Shown here piece by piece: positions 17,351 to 26,184 of a stretch of DNA of 32,000 nt (position 1 is its first letter; the number at the start of each line of letters is the position of its first letter). Both the position numbers and the translations under genes were made by a program. The stretch comes from Synechococcus elongatus PCC 6301 (GTDB lineage Bacteria; Cyanobacteriota; Cyanobacteriia; Synechococcales; Synechococcaceae), in NCBI RefSeq assembly GCF_000010065.1, contig NC_006576.1:2348051-2380050 (forward strand), read 5' to 3'. The notes beneath the pieces were generated by a model that saw only the letters and a list, made by a program, of their open reading frames with translations, was not told the origin of the DNA and ran no database searches.

Positions 17351-18339
17351 ACTTGCGGCGATACCTGATGCATTGGGGGCGATCGCGTTTTGAAGCGTGG
17401 TTGGCGCGACAGTTGCCGCCGCGATCGCCAATTCGCTTGAATCGCGAGCGAATCTTTATCTTTCCCAGTCAGTTTGGGGCAGTTTTTCTAGCATTGGATA
17501 TCGCCTTTTATCTAATTGGCACCAACTACCAAAACAATTTGGTTTTGTTGCTGAGCTTTTTGCTGCTGAGTTTATTTTTGGGCTGCATTTTCCAGAGCTT
17601 TCGTAATCTCGATGGCCTCGAACTGGAAGCCTTGCCCGCCCCGGATGGACAAGTTGGTGAGCCTCTACGTCTGTCGGTACGTCTCAAGACTGAAACGCCG
17701 CGCTATGCCCTACGGCTGCATCTACCCAAGAGCGATCGCCCGCGCATTGCCGAACTACGATCGCCCAGTGAGACTGTCAGTCTGACGGTGATTCCCCTGC
17801 AGCGTGGCTGGTATCGTCCGGGACGGCTGCAAGTGCGCAGCGACTATCCCTTGGGGCTATTTCGGACTTGGACGGTCTTGGATCTGGGCTGGCAAGCACT
17901 GATTATTCCGCAGCCGGAACGCTGGCCGCTCCAAACTGCCGCGATCGCTGCCACGGCTGCCACCGCTGATCAGCCGATCTCTAGCTCGCAACCTCACCCA
18001 GCCACCAGTGAAGACTTTGTTGGTCTGCAACCCTATCAGCCTGGAGAATCGCTGCGGCGGGTGGCTTGGAAACAACTGGCGCAGGGACGAGGTCTACATA
18101 GCAAAGCCTTTGCGGGTGAAAGTGCGCAGCAAAGCTGGCTGAGCCTGCAACAGACGCCAGGACAGGATCTGGAGCAACGGTTACGGCGTTTGACTTGGGC
18201 TGTGCAGGAACTCAGTCGCCGGGGCGAAGCTTTTGGGCTTTCACTCGGGGCTCAACGTTGGGAAGCCGAGACTGGCAGCCAGCATCAGCGCACCTGTCTG
18301 CAAGCGATCGCCCTCTACGGGTTGGAGCGCTCCGTATGA
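17347..18339 (+). CDS. DUF58 domain protein
   Basis: Likely start MNLRRYLMHWGRSRF at 17347 with ATGA overlap with moxR; two TM helices then GLFRTW, YQPGESLRRVAWKQLAQGRGLHSKAF. Confidence 0.85.
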   Translation: MNLRRYLMHWGRSRFEAWLARQLPPRSPIRLNRERIFIFPSQFGAVFLALDIAFYLIGTNYQNNLVLLLSFLLLSLFLGCIFQSFRNLDGLELEALPAPDGQVGEPLRLSVRLKTETPRYALRLHLPKSDRPRIAELRSPSETVSLTVIPLQRGWYRPGRLQVRSDYPLGLFRTWTVLDLGWQALIIPQPERWPLQTAAIAATAATADQPISSSQPHPATSEDFVGLQPYQPGESLRRVAWKQLAQGRGLHSKAFAGESAQQSWLSLQQTPGQDLEQRLRRLTWAVQELSRRGEAFGLSLGAQRWEAETGSQHQRTCLQAIALYGLERSV

Positions 18340-20339
18340 CGGCTGCTGTCTGGTGCCCGCCACGGTTGGGGTTATGCCTGCTGAGCGGCGGCTATCTGAT
18401 TGCCCTACTGCTGCAGCTAGGCGATCTGCCGCCCGTAGCTGCTTTTGTCGCGATCACCCTGTTGATTTGGGGACTCATTCGCCAGTGGCAACAGCGATCG
18501 CTCTTACCCCAAACGCTGCGCCATGGTCTGACCGCGATCGCCCTGATCTTGGCGCTGTTGGTGGGCCTTCCTCAGGGGTTGCTCAGTGTCTTCCTCGGGC
18601 TGTTGACTCTTGCTTTTGCTCTCAAGTTGTTGGAACTCAAGGAAGAGCGAGACTACCAAGCACTGGTGTTAATTGCCTACAGTTTGGTGGCTCTGGGTTT
18701 TCTGCTCCGCCAAAGTTTGCTGGAAACGCTGGTCTTGCTAATGGCAATCGCTTTGGCGACCTTGGGATTGGCAGCCCTCTATCGGCCGCTTAGTCGCCCA
18801 CGCCAGCCCTTTGCAGCTTTGTTGCGACTCCTGGGGCCTGCGATCCCGCTGTTACTTGTGCTGTTTTTGATTGCCCCACGCTTGCCGCCCCTCTGGGGAG
18901 TACCGGTCGGTCAACGGGCCGTGACCGGTTTGAGCGATCGGGTGTCGCCCGGAGAAATTGCTGACCTCAGCCGCTCCTCGGCCTTGGCCTTTCGCTTCAG
19001 CTTCCCCGAGGCATCCCTCCCCAGCGATCGCTTTTACTGGCGGGCAATGGTCCATGAACTGACGGACGGACGGAGCTGGCAGCCGCTGCCCTACCGTGAT
19101 CGCTTCGATCCGGGTGAAGTCGCCCCAGAACTGACTGGGGAAGGCGCGATTCCCTACACCGTCATTGCCGAGCCGAGTCAGCGCACCTGGCGCTATGCCC
19201 TTGAACTCAGTCGGCCAACGAGCGAAGGCATTGTCCTCGATTCGCGCTTCGAGTTTCGAACCAAGATTCCGCTCAGCCAGCAGAGCCGCTATCAAGGCGT
19301 GACTTTTGAGCGCTATCAGGCGGACTTGACGCTTTCAGCGCGCGATCGCCAGCTCAATTTGCAGCTGCCACCAGGGAGTAATCCCCAAACCCGCGCTTGG
19401 GCGCAACGGCTTCGCGATCGCTTCTCGAATGATGATGCCGCGATTGTGCAGGCCAGCTTGCAGGAGCTCCAACAGCAGGAATTTCGCTATACTCTGCAGC
19501 CGCCGCTGCTCACAGCTAACAACAGCATTGATGACTTTCTGTTCCGCAGTCGGGCGGGCTTTTGCGAACATTACGCCAGCAGTTTTGCCTTTTTGATGCG
19601 AGCGGCTGGTCTTCCGGCGCGGGTCGTGACGGGCTATCTCGGGGGGGAGTGGAATCCGCAGGCCAGTTACTACAGCGTCTTGCAGGCCAATGCCCACGCC
19701 TGGACAGAGGTTTGGCTAGAGGGTCAAGGCTGGACTCGGATTGATCCAACTGCAGCGATCGCCCCACTGAGACTCAGTGAAGGGCTGGAAGCTGCGTTAA
19801 CACCGGAAGACCGTGCCCAAGCCGCTGGTGGCCTCCTTGGTGCGGCAGTGCTGCGCCGTCTGCCACTGCTGGATCAGGCTTGGCAACTCTGGGCTTCAAT
19901 CGACTACCGCTGGACCTCTTGGGTACTGAGTTACGACAACCAGCGTCAGCAGGAGATTTTGGCTGCGTTGCTGGCACAGGTAGGACAGGTTGGGCTGTCT
20001 CTCTTGCTCGTCGCAACTTTACTGATCGCCGCTGGGTTGATGTGGTGGCTGTCCCGGTGGTTGGATCAGCGATCATCCGAGGATCCTAGTCTGCGCATCT
20101 ATCAACAGGCCTGCCGCACGATCGCCAAAGCCGGTTGGCCGCGCTACCCCCAAGAAGGACCGGCGGCCTATGCTGAGCGGCTGCAACAGCTTCAGCAACC
20201 CTGGACCGCGGTCTTCAGTCAGCTCACCCAGCAGTATTTGGCTCAGCGTTATGCCCAACAATCGTTGCCTGCCCAGTCCCTGCAGCGATCGCTCCAAGCG
20301 CTCCGGCGGAGTTTGCGGGTGAAGACTCGTTCCTCCTAG
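18336..20339 (+). CDS. Membrane transglutaminase-like protein (DUF3488 + transglutaminase core, TgpA family)
   Basis: Likely start MTAAVWCPPRLG at 18336 (ATGA overlap); multiple N-terminal TMs; RAGFCEHYASSFAFLMRAAGLPARVVTGYLGGEWN ... NAHAWTEVWLEGQGWTRIDPTAA (Cys-His-Asp). Confidence 0.9.
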   Translation: MTAAVWCPPRLGLCLLSGGYLIALLLQLGDLPPVAAFVAITLLIWGLIRQWQQRSLLPQTLRHGLTAIALILALLVGLPQGLLSVFLGLLTLAFALKLLELKEERDYQALVLIAYSLVALGFLLRQSLLETLVLLMAIALATLGLAALYRPLSRPRQPFAALLRLLGPAIPLLLVLFLIAPRLPPLWGVPVGQRAVTGLSDRVSPGEIADLSRSSALAFRFSFPEASLPSDRFYWRAMVHELTDGRSWQPLPYRDRFDPGEVAPELTGEGAIPYTVIAEPSQRTWRYALELSRPTSEGIVLDSRFEFRTKIPLSQQSRYQGVTFERYQADLTLSARDRQLNLQLPPGSNPQTRAWAQRLRDRFSNDDAAIVQASLQELQQQEFRYTLQPPLLTANNSIDDFLFRSRAGFCEHYASSFAFLMRAAGLPARVVTGYLGGEWNPQASYYSVLQANAHAWTEVWLEGQGWTRIDPTAAIAPLRLSEGLEAALTPEDRAQAAGGLLGAAVLRRLPLLDQAWQLWASIDYRWTSWVLSYDNQRQQEILAALLAQVGQVGLSLLLVATLLIAAGLMWWLSRWLDQRSSEDPSLRIYQQACRTIAKAGWPRYPQEGPAAYAERLQQLQQPWTAVFSQLTQQYLAQRYAQQSLPAQSLQRSLQALRRSLRVKTRSS

Positions 20340-20415
20340 CGGACTTGTAATTACTGGCAGATGGCGTTGCCGCGATCGCGCCTCTAAAATGACTGCGTCC
20401 CAAGTGGAGACTCTG

Positions 20416-20796
20416 ATGCTGAGCCAGCGTGAAAAAGATACCCTCATTGCCCAATCTGCAGGATGGTTGAGCGTCGTCCTCAACTTGGGTTGCAATGGCA
20501 CCGGCTACATCTACCAACGACGCTGGCGAGCTTTCTGGATCGGGGGATTACTCGCTTTTGGCTGTGCCTTCATTGGAGGCGCTGGCGGTGCGGTGTTAGG
20601 AACCGCGATCGCCCGTAGTGAAAATTTGACCGATGAGGAGTCGATTGGAGCTGCAGCCACCCTCGGGCTCGTGGGTGTGTATCTAGGCTTTGGCGGCGTT
20701 GGAATTGGGTCTGCTGTTGAAGCGGGTTTGCGAGTCTCGCGGGTGCGGCAACAGCTGGAGGCTGCTGAAAAAGCTGAGAGTGAGGGATTGGCCTAG
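20416..20796 (+). CDS. Glycine-rich small membrane protein
   Basis: Likely start MLSQREKDTLIAQSAGWLSVVLNLGCNGTGYIYQRRWRAFWIGG; two hydrophobic Gly-rich segments and a coiled C-terminus. Confidence 0.6.
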   Translation: MLSQREKDTLIAQSAGWLSVVLNLGCNGTGYIYQRRWRAFWIGGLLAFGCAFIGGAGGAVLGTAIARSENLTDEESIGAAATLGLVGVYLGFGGVGIGSAVEAGLRVSRVRQQLEAAEKAESEGLA

Positions 20797-20897
20797 AACG
20801 CTCAGGGCGATCGCCTCAGAAAGCAGACTGACAGGGGCGGGCCGAAAGTTGATTCGGGCTGAAATGTCAGAATGAGGGCGTCGATCGCCTCAGCCCT

Positions 20898-22298
20898 GTG
20901 ACCCTCGATTTTGATACTGCCCGTCAGCAGCTAGACGACCTCATTCACCGTTATCGCGATCGCGCTGATTTTCTGGCGATTCGCCTCGAAGAATCCCAGG
21001 CAACGGACATTGCCCTGCGGGGCGATCGCTTTGAAACCCTCAGTGAAAGTTTGGCGGTGGGTGGTCAGGTTCGGGCTTGCTGGAAAGGCGGTTGGGGCTT
21101 CGCCAGTTTCAATCGCCTCAGTCAATTGGAAGAACGACTGCAAGAGGCGATCGCGGCGGCTCGCTTGATCGGCACGGAAACCACGGAACTCGCACCGGTT
21201 GATCCGGTACGGGCAATTTGGACGGCACCGCTCACAGGGCGATCGCCGGACCAAGTGGCGCTGGCAGAGAAGAAGGCGCTCTGCCAGCACTACACCGAGA
21301 TTTTGCGCAGTGGCGATCGCCGCATTGCCAGTACGAGTGTGCGTTACGGCGACAGTCACCAGCGGTTGCTGTTGGCAACCTCGGAAGGCACCTTGCTAGA
21401 ACAGTCTTGGTCAGACTGGGAAATGCGCTTTGCCGCGACAGCTCGCGAGGGCGATCGCGTTCAGACAGGGCGTGAGACGACTGGCTCGCGGCGCGGCTGG
21501 GAAGATCTGCTGGGTCTGGATGGGGCTGTGCAGGGGGCTCGCGATCGGGCGCTGCAATCGCTTTCGCTGCCGGTTGTGGAAGCGGGGACTTATACGGTCG
21601 TTATTGATCCGATCCTGACGGGGCTGTTTGTCCACGAAGCTTTTGGCCATCTGTCGGAAGCGGATATGGCCTACGAAAATCCTGAGCTGCTGGAAGTGAT
21701 GAGCTTAGGCCGTCGCTTTGGCCCAGAGACCCTACAAATTTTTGATGGTGCCGCCCCTGAGGGACATCGCGGCAGCTATGCCTATGACGATGAAGGTGTT
21801 CCCGCTAGCACGACGGCTTTAATTACGGATGGTGTCCTCACAGGGCGCCTGCATTCTCGGGAAACGGCTGGAAAACTCGGGGAAGCGCCCACCGGCAATG
21901 CCCGCTGCTTGGATTTTCACTATCCGCCGATCGTGCGGATGACCAATACTTGGATTGCGCCGGGAACAACGCCGGCAGCCGATCTGATCCAAGGCATTGA
22001 GCAGGGTGTCTTCGCCCGCAATTGGCTGGGTGGCATGACCAATGGTGAGATGTTCACCTTCTCGGCGGGCGAGGCTTGGATGATTCGTAATGGTGAGCTG
22101 GCGGAGCCGGTGCGTGATGTCACGCTCTCAGGCAATGTGTTCTCGACCCTAGCGGCGATCGAAGCGATCGGTGATGACTTTGTCTGGGATGAGTCGGGCG
22201 GCTGTGGCAAGGGTGGCCAGAGTGGTTTGCCCGTTGGCTGCGGTGGTCCGAGCCTGCGAATTCGGGATGTCGTCGTCGGTGGCGAAGCGAGTGATTAA
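20898..22298 (+). CDS. tldD: TldD-type metalloprotease (PmbA/TldD family)
   Basis: HEAFGHLSEAD zinc motif, GSYAYDDEGVPASTTALITDGVLTG, GGMTNGEMFTFSAGEAWMIRNGEL, DESGGCGKGGQSGLPVGCGGPSLRI. Confidence 0.88.
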   Translation: MTLDFDTARQQLDDLIHRYRDRADFLAIRLEESQATDIALRGDRFETLSESLAVGGQVRACWKGGWGFASFNRLSQLEERLQEAIAAARLIGTETTELAPVDPVRAIWTAPLTGRSPDQVALAEKKALCQHYTEILRSGDRRIASTSVRYGDSHQRLLLATSEGTLLEQSWSDWEMRFAATAREGDRVQTGRETTGSRRGWEDLLGLDGAVQGARDRALQSLSLPVVEAGTYTVVIDPILTGLFVHEAFGHLSEADMAYENPELLEVMSLGRRFGPETLQIFDGAAPEGHRGSYAYDDEGVPASTTALITDGVLTGRLHSRETAGKLGEAPTGNARCLDFHYPPIVRMTNTWIAPGTTPAADLIQGIEQGVFARNWLGGMTNGEMFTFSAGEAWMIRNGELAEPVRDVTLSGNVFSTLAAIEAIGDDFVWDESGGCGKGGQSGLPVGCGGPSLRIRDVVVGGEASD

Positions 22299-22374
22299 AA
22301 AGCGTTCGCGCTAGACGGGACTCTAGGTCAGACGCGAGAATCAGAGATTGCTGTGTTTGTGATCGCTCTCTCCC

Positions 22375-22845
22375 ATGCCGCAGGTTGTGCTCTATCAGCC
22401 CGAAATCCCGCCCAATACCGGCAATATTGCACGCACCTGTGCCGCAACAGACACGCCCCTGCATCTGATCGAGCCCTTGGGGTTTGAACTGAGCGATCGC
22501 TATCTCAAGCGAGCGGGCCTCGACTACTGGCCTTACGTCCAGCTGACGACCCATCCTGATTGGTCCGTATTTCGGCAACAGCAGCAACAGCAGGGCGGCC
22601 GACTGATTGCGTTTACAACCAAAGGGGAATTGAACTATCTCGACTGTGACTTTCAAGCCACTGATTGGTTGCTGTTTGGGCGAGAAACTAGTGGCCTACC
22701 GGAAGATGTTTTGGCCAGCTGTGACCATCGCGTTCGTATCCCCACACCTCAAGCAGGAGTGCGCAGTTTGAATCTGTCGGTGAGTGTAGCGATCGGATTA
22801 TTTGAAGCGCGGCGACAAGTTTACTTTGCGACTAATCCTGCCTAG
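22375..22845 (+). CDS. trmL: tRNA (cytidine/uridine(34)-2'-O)-methyltransferase TrmL (SPOUT)
   Basis: VVLYQPEIPPNTGNIARTCAATDTPLHLIEPLGFELSDRYLKRAGLDYW, LLFGRETSGLPED, RIPTPQAGVRSLNLSVSVAI. Confidence 0.93.
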   Translation: MPQVVLYQPEIPPNTGNIARTCAATDTPLHLIEPLGFELSDRYLKRAGLDYWPYVQLTTHPDWSVFRQQQQQQGGRLIAFTTKGELNYLDCDFQATDWLLFGRETSGLPEDVLASCDHRVRIPTPQAGVRSLNLSVSVAIGLFEARRQVYFATNPA

Positions 22846-22922
22846 TTTGAGACTATTACAGCGGAGTCTTGGCAACGCTCTCAATGAACTGACTGAGATT
22901 GGAGCCATGTTTTAGCCTGAAC

Positions 22923-23603
22923 TTAGGGATAGTCGCGAATCACATAGCCAACGCCTCGCACTGTCTGTAAAATTCGTTGCGGATTTGAGGCTTCTAGCTT
23001 TAATCGCAATGCTCGAATATAGACTTCAATAATATTAGACTCGCCCATGAAGTCATACCCCCAAACTTGCTCAAGAATTTGGTCACGGGTAACGACTTGT
23101 CGAGCATGTCTTAGGAGAAACTCGAGCAGATCAAACTCCTTAGCTGTCAGCTCTAGTCGTTGACTCCCTCGATAAACTTCATGGGTTAGACGATGGAGTG
23201 ATACATCAGCAAACTGCAGGCGATCGGGCTCTTCTGGATTGACCCGACGTAATTGCGCCTTAACTCGTGCCAGCAGCTCCTCGATGCTGAAGGGCTTTGT
23301 GACATAGTCATCAGCCCCTGAGTTTAACCCCGAAACGCGATCGGAAATTTCATCCTTAGCTGTCAATAAAATGATTGGTGTTTGAACACCAGTCGATCGT
23401 AGCCTCAAGCAGATATCAACTCCAGAAAGAGTTGGTAACATCCAGTCCAGAATGAGTAAATCGGGTTGAATACTTCTTGCTAAAGATAGACCGTCTAGAC
23501 CGTTGTTGGCAACTGTTACTTGATAGCCTTCTAAGCTGAGTTCTTGCTCAACAAACAGCAGAAGCTTCGGGTCATCCTCAATGAGCAAAATATGATTGTT
23601 CAT
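22923..23603 (-). CDS. OmpR/PhoB-family response regulator
   Basis: Receiver domain ILLIEDDPKLLLFVEQEL...LLILDWMLP...LLTAKDE...YVTKPF plus winged-helix LTAKEFDLLEFLLRHARQVVTRDQILEQVWGYDF. Confidence 0.95.
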   Translation of the reverse strand: MNNHILLIEDDPKLLLFVEQELSLEGYQVTVANNGLDGLSLARSIQPDLLILDWMLPTLSGVDICLRLRSTGVQTPIILLTAKDEISDRVSGLNSGADDYVTKPFSIEELLARVKAQLRRVNPEEPDRLQFADVSLHRLTHEVYRGSQRLELTAKEFDLLEFLLRHARQVVTRDQILEQVWGYDFMGESNIIEVYIRALRLKLEASNPQRILQTVRGVGYVIRDYP

Positions 23604-25048
23604 GGCAAGGATTCCCAGTTGGGTAAGATGATGGTGAAAGTACTGCCTTCCCCTAGTTTAGACCGCAGCGTAATTTTGCCCTGCATGCCTTCAATCAAGC
23701 TTTTGGCAATTGCTAATCCTAGCCCAGTTCCATCACGCGATCGTGTCATGGCTTCATCCACTCGGTAAAATCGCTCAAAAATGCGACTTTGGTGAGCAAG
23801 AGGAATTCCTACTCCTTGATCGATTATGTGAATTAAGGTCTGTTGATTAGACTGCTCTAAATTAATGTAGACCACTTGATCTTGATTCGAATATTTGGCT
23901 GCGTTATCTAGCAGATTGATCAAAGCTTGCTCTAAACGATTTTGATCAGCGTAGACAACAATTTCACTCTTAGGGGTTTGCATAATAATTTGACGCCCAG
24001 TGACACGTCGTGTCATCTCAGCAACTTCTGCTATCAAAGTATTTAACACAGTCGGCATTAAGCGGAAATGCAGATTGCCGCTATCAACTCTTGCAAGATC
24101 TAGTAAATCTTGAAGCATTCGAATCGTTCTTTCAGCTTCTGCAGATGCTGTTTCTAGGGCTTGATTTTGATAAGAATTAAGATTGTCACCTCTTCTCAAA
24201 AGACTTTGCAGATATCCTGAAATCACTGTGAGGGGCGTTTTTAACTCATGGGAAACATTACCTACAAACTGTTGTTGTTGCTCCCAACTGATCGATAGAC
24301 GATTCAACATGTCATTGAATGCCTTTGCAAGCCCTAAAATTTCCTCGGGAGCGTGGCGAAGTTCAAGAGGATCAGCTCCGAGATCAATGATTGAAATGTT
24401 ACTAGCAATCTGGCTGATCTCCTTAATTGGAGCCATTGCTCTACGGATTCGACTAGCTATCACAACAATCAAGGTAAAAACCAGTAAAATACTGCCTAGC
24501 TGTAGTTGACTAAACAAAGAATCTAACTGTCTTTGATCTTCTGTAATATCTTGAAGCCAATATACATTTCCAATAGGATTTCCATCAAGACTTAGAGCAG
24601 TCTGAGCGAGAATAAAAGACTGCTGCTGTATCTGAAAAACTTTAGGATCATTCGATGCGGGTAACTTGTTAGCCACTTCAATCAGATCACTTGAGGGAAT
24701 ATTCATCCCTCTCGATCGCGCTAAAAGTTCCCCTCTAGGGCTGCGAACCCAAATGAGGAGCCTCGGTTTAGAAACTTGGGCGATCGACCGTTCAAGCTCT
24801 AGTTGAATGGAATCATTGAGACTACTGATCTTAATTATTTCAGGAAAACTATCAGAAATATAACTCAAATTTTGTTTGTAGCCATTAATCAGAGTTTGTT
24901 CTAATCGCCAAGATGACCACAAGGTGATGCTGCATACACCTAATGCGGAGATTAAGGTCAGCTCAAGAGTCAGCCTAAATTGTAAAGAGTTTGTAGCAAC
25001 TCGACTTCCTCCAAGCTTGTTAAAAATTGATTGAATATGGCGAAACAT
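23600..25048 (-). CDS. Membrane sensor histidine kinase (HAMP, HisKA, HATPase_c)
   Basis: Two TM segments flanking a periplasmic domain; FVGNVSHELKTPLTVISGYLQSL, LEQALINLLDNAAKY, DQGVGIP, GTGLGLAIAKSLIEGMQGKI; 4-bp overlap with the response regulator. Confidence 0.95.
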   Translation of the reverse strand: MFRHIQSIFNKLGGSRVATNSLQFRLTLELTLISALGVCSITLWSSWRLEQTLINGYKQNLSYISDSFPEIIKISSLNDSIQLELERSIAQVSKPRLLIWVRSPRGELLARSRGMNIPSSDLIEVANKLPASNDPKVFQIQQQSFILAQTALSLDGNPIGNVYWLQDITEDQRQLDSLFSQLQLGSILLVFTLIVVIASRIRRAMAPIKEISQIASNISIIDLGADPLELRHAPEEILGLAKAFNDMLNRLSISWEQQQQFVGNVSHELKTPLTVISGYLQSLLRRGDNLNSYQNQALETASAEAERTIRMLQDLLDLARVDSGNLHFRLMPTVLNTLIAEVAEMTRRVTGRQIIMQTPKSEIVVYADQNRLEQALINLLDNAAKYSNQDQVVYINLEQSNQQTLIHIIDQGVGIPLAHQSRIFERFYRVDEAMTRSRDGTGLGLAIAKSLIEGMQGKITLRSKLGEGSTFTIILPNWESLP

Positions 25049-25157
25049 TGATTTGGCTAGAATTTCCTTTGATCAAGCTGTTGCTTAAGCTTATAAAACA
25101 TTTCTAAAGCGAGCAGTACATGATTTTAGTCAAATGCTGAACTGCTCGCTAGAACTT

Positions 25158-25691
25158 CTATCTTTTTAGGGTGTCATTGTTGAGAATTTTAGGCCAATTC
25201 GCATTTGCTTTTACAATTTTAGTTGCTGTGTCTTGCTTCCATTCCTTCTGGGCTTCTAAACTGTAATTAAGGTAAAGCTTGCCATCGCGAATTTCCCAAG
25301 CATTAGGAATCGTTGTAGCTAAAACACCTGCAGATGCTGCTTTAGCGCAATAACCGCCGTACTGCGGAGCATATTTAGTTGGGTTTTTTGCGAATAAGTC
25401 ACGATTCATTGTGCTTGAGAACTGCCACTTTACACCATTCCAAGTGTGAGTAAATTTTGGACTCCCTTGAACGAGTGAATTGCTTCGAAAATATGCAACA
25501 ACATCTTGGCCATCTAAAGCAATACCATTCTCGTTGTAAACGGCTGGAAAACGAGTGGTTGCTTGAGCGAGCCTAGAATGACTGATAGAAGTTTCGACAG
25601 ATTGAGTAGAGGTTGCAGCTTCTAGGCGGGTAACAACGCTAACAGATGCTAGGCCGACCAAACTGCAGATCAGAAGATAGCTAAGTTTCAT
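25158..25691 (-). CDS. Exported YHS-domain protein
   Basis: Signal peptide MKLSYLLICSLVGLASVSVVTRLEAA; GIALDGQDVVAYF...WQFSSTMNRDLFAKNPTKYAPQYGGYCAKAASAG...AWEIRDGKLYLNYSLEAQKEW. Confidence 0.82.
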   Translation of the reverse strand: MKLSYLLICSLVGLASVSVVTRLEAATSTQSVETSISHSRLAQATTRFPAVYNENGIALDGQDVVAYFRSNSLVQGSPKFTHTWNGVKWQFSSTMNRDLFAKNPTKYAPQYGGYCAKAASAGVLATTIPNAWEIRDGKLYLNYSLEAQKEWKQDTATKIVKANANWPKILNNDTLKR

Positions 25692-26077
25692 GGTTCCTTG
25701 ATTGTCCTTGTTCTGCTAAATGACTAATTAAGGTTTCAAGCCTTTGGATGTGAGCTGAAAACAAAAAATCAGATTCAGCTAAAGCAAGATTACCGATGCA
25801 TCACTCGATTTAAGTGATGATTGGATGAGGAGAGGCAAAAGAATGATTAAAAATGAACGATTATCCTGCCCACATTATTCAGGTTTAATTCATTGAGATC
25901 CTGTACAACCTATCCATTTTTCTGACTGATCGCTCAGGACTTATGAAGGGTTCAGGTTCCAGTGGGTTCCTTCTCAAAACTCCTTGGAAACATTTTTATT
26001 GCATTCTCGTCACATCTCCTGTGGCGGCGGGAACTCACGATCGCCTTTGAGAGATTGCTGAGGGCGGCATCCTTACT

Positions 26078-26102
26078 GGCTATGTGTGCCAGCACACTAG
26101 CC
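26078..26102. promoter_or_regulatory. Extended inverted repeat upstream of the RND efflux operon, operator or 5' leader hairpin candidate
   Basis: GGCTA-T-GTGTGC-CA-GCACAC-TAGCC: 11 paired positions with one unpaired T and a 2-nt centre, 82 bp before the ATG at 26185. Confidence 0.45.
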
Positions 26103-26184
26103 TTACTCCGACCACTGCCGCTCTCATGCAGACTGTAAAGAGATCTTGCAAGTTTGCGTTTTCTGCCCTTCTCATCTTGTCTCC

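Noticed and set aside
18852-20076. Minus-strand ORFs 18852-19295, 19335-19697, 19516-19767, 19774-20076
   Set aside because: All antisense to the membrane transglutaminase gene with no recognisable motifs.
22306-22317. AGCGTTCGCGCT mini-hairpin after tldD
   Set aside because: Stem of only 4 bp and no T tract; too weak to call as a terminator.
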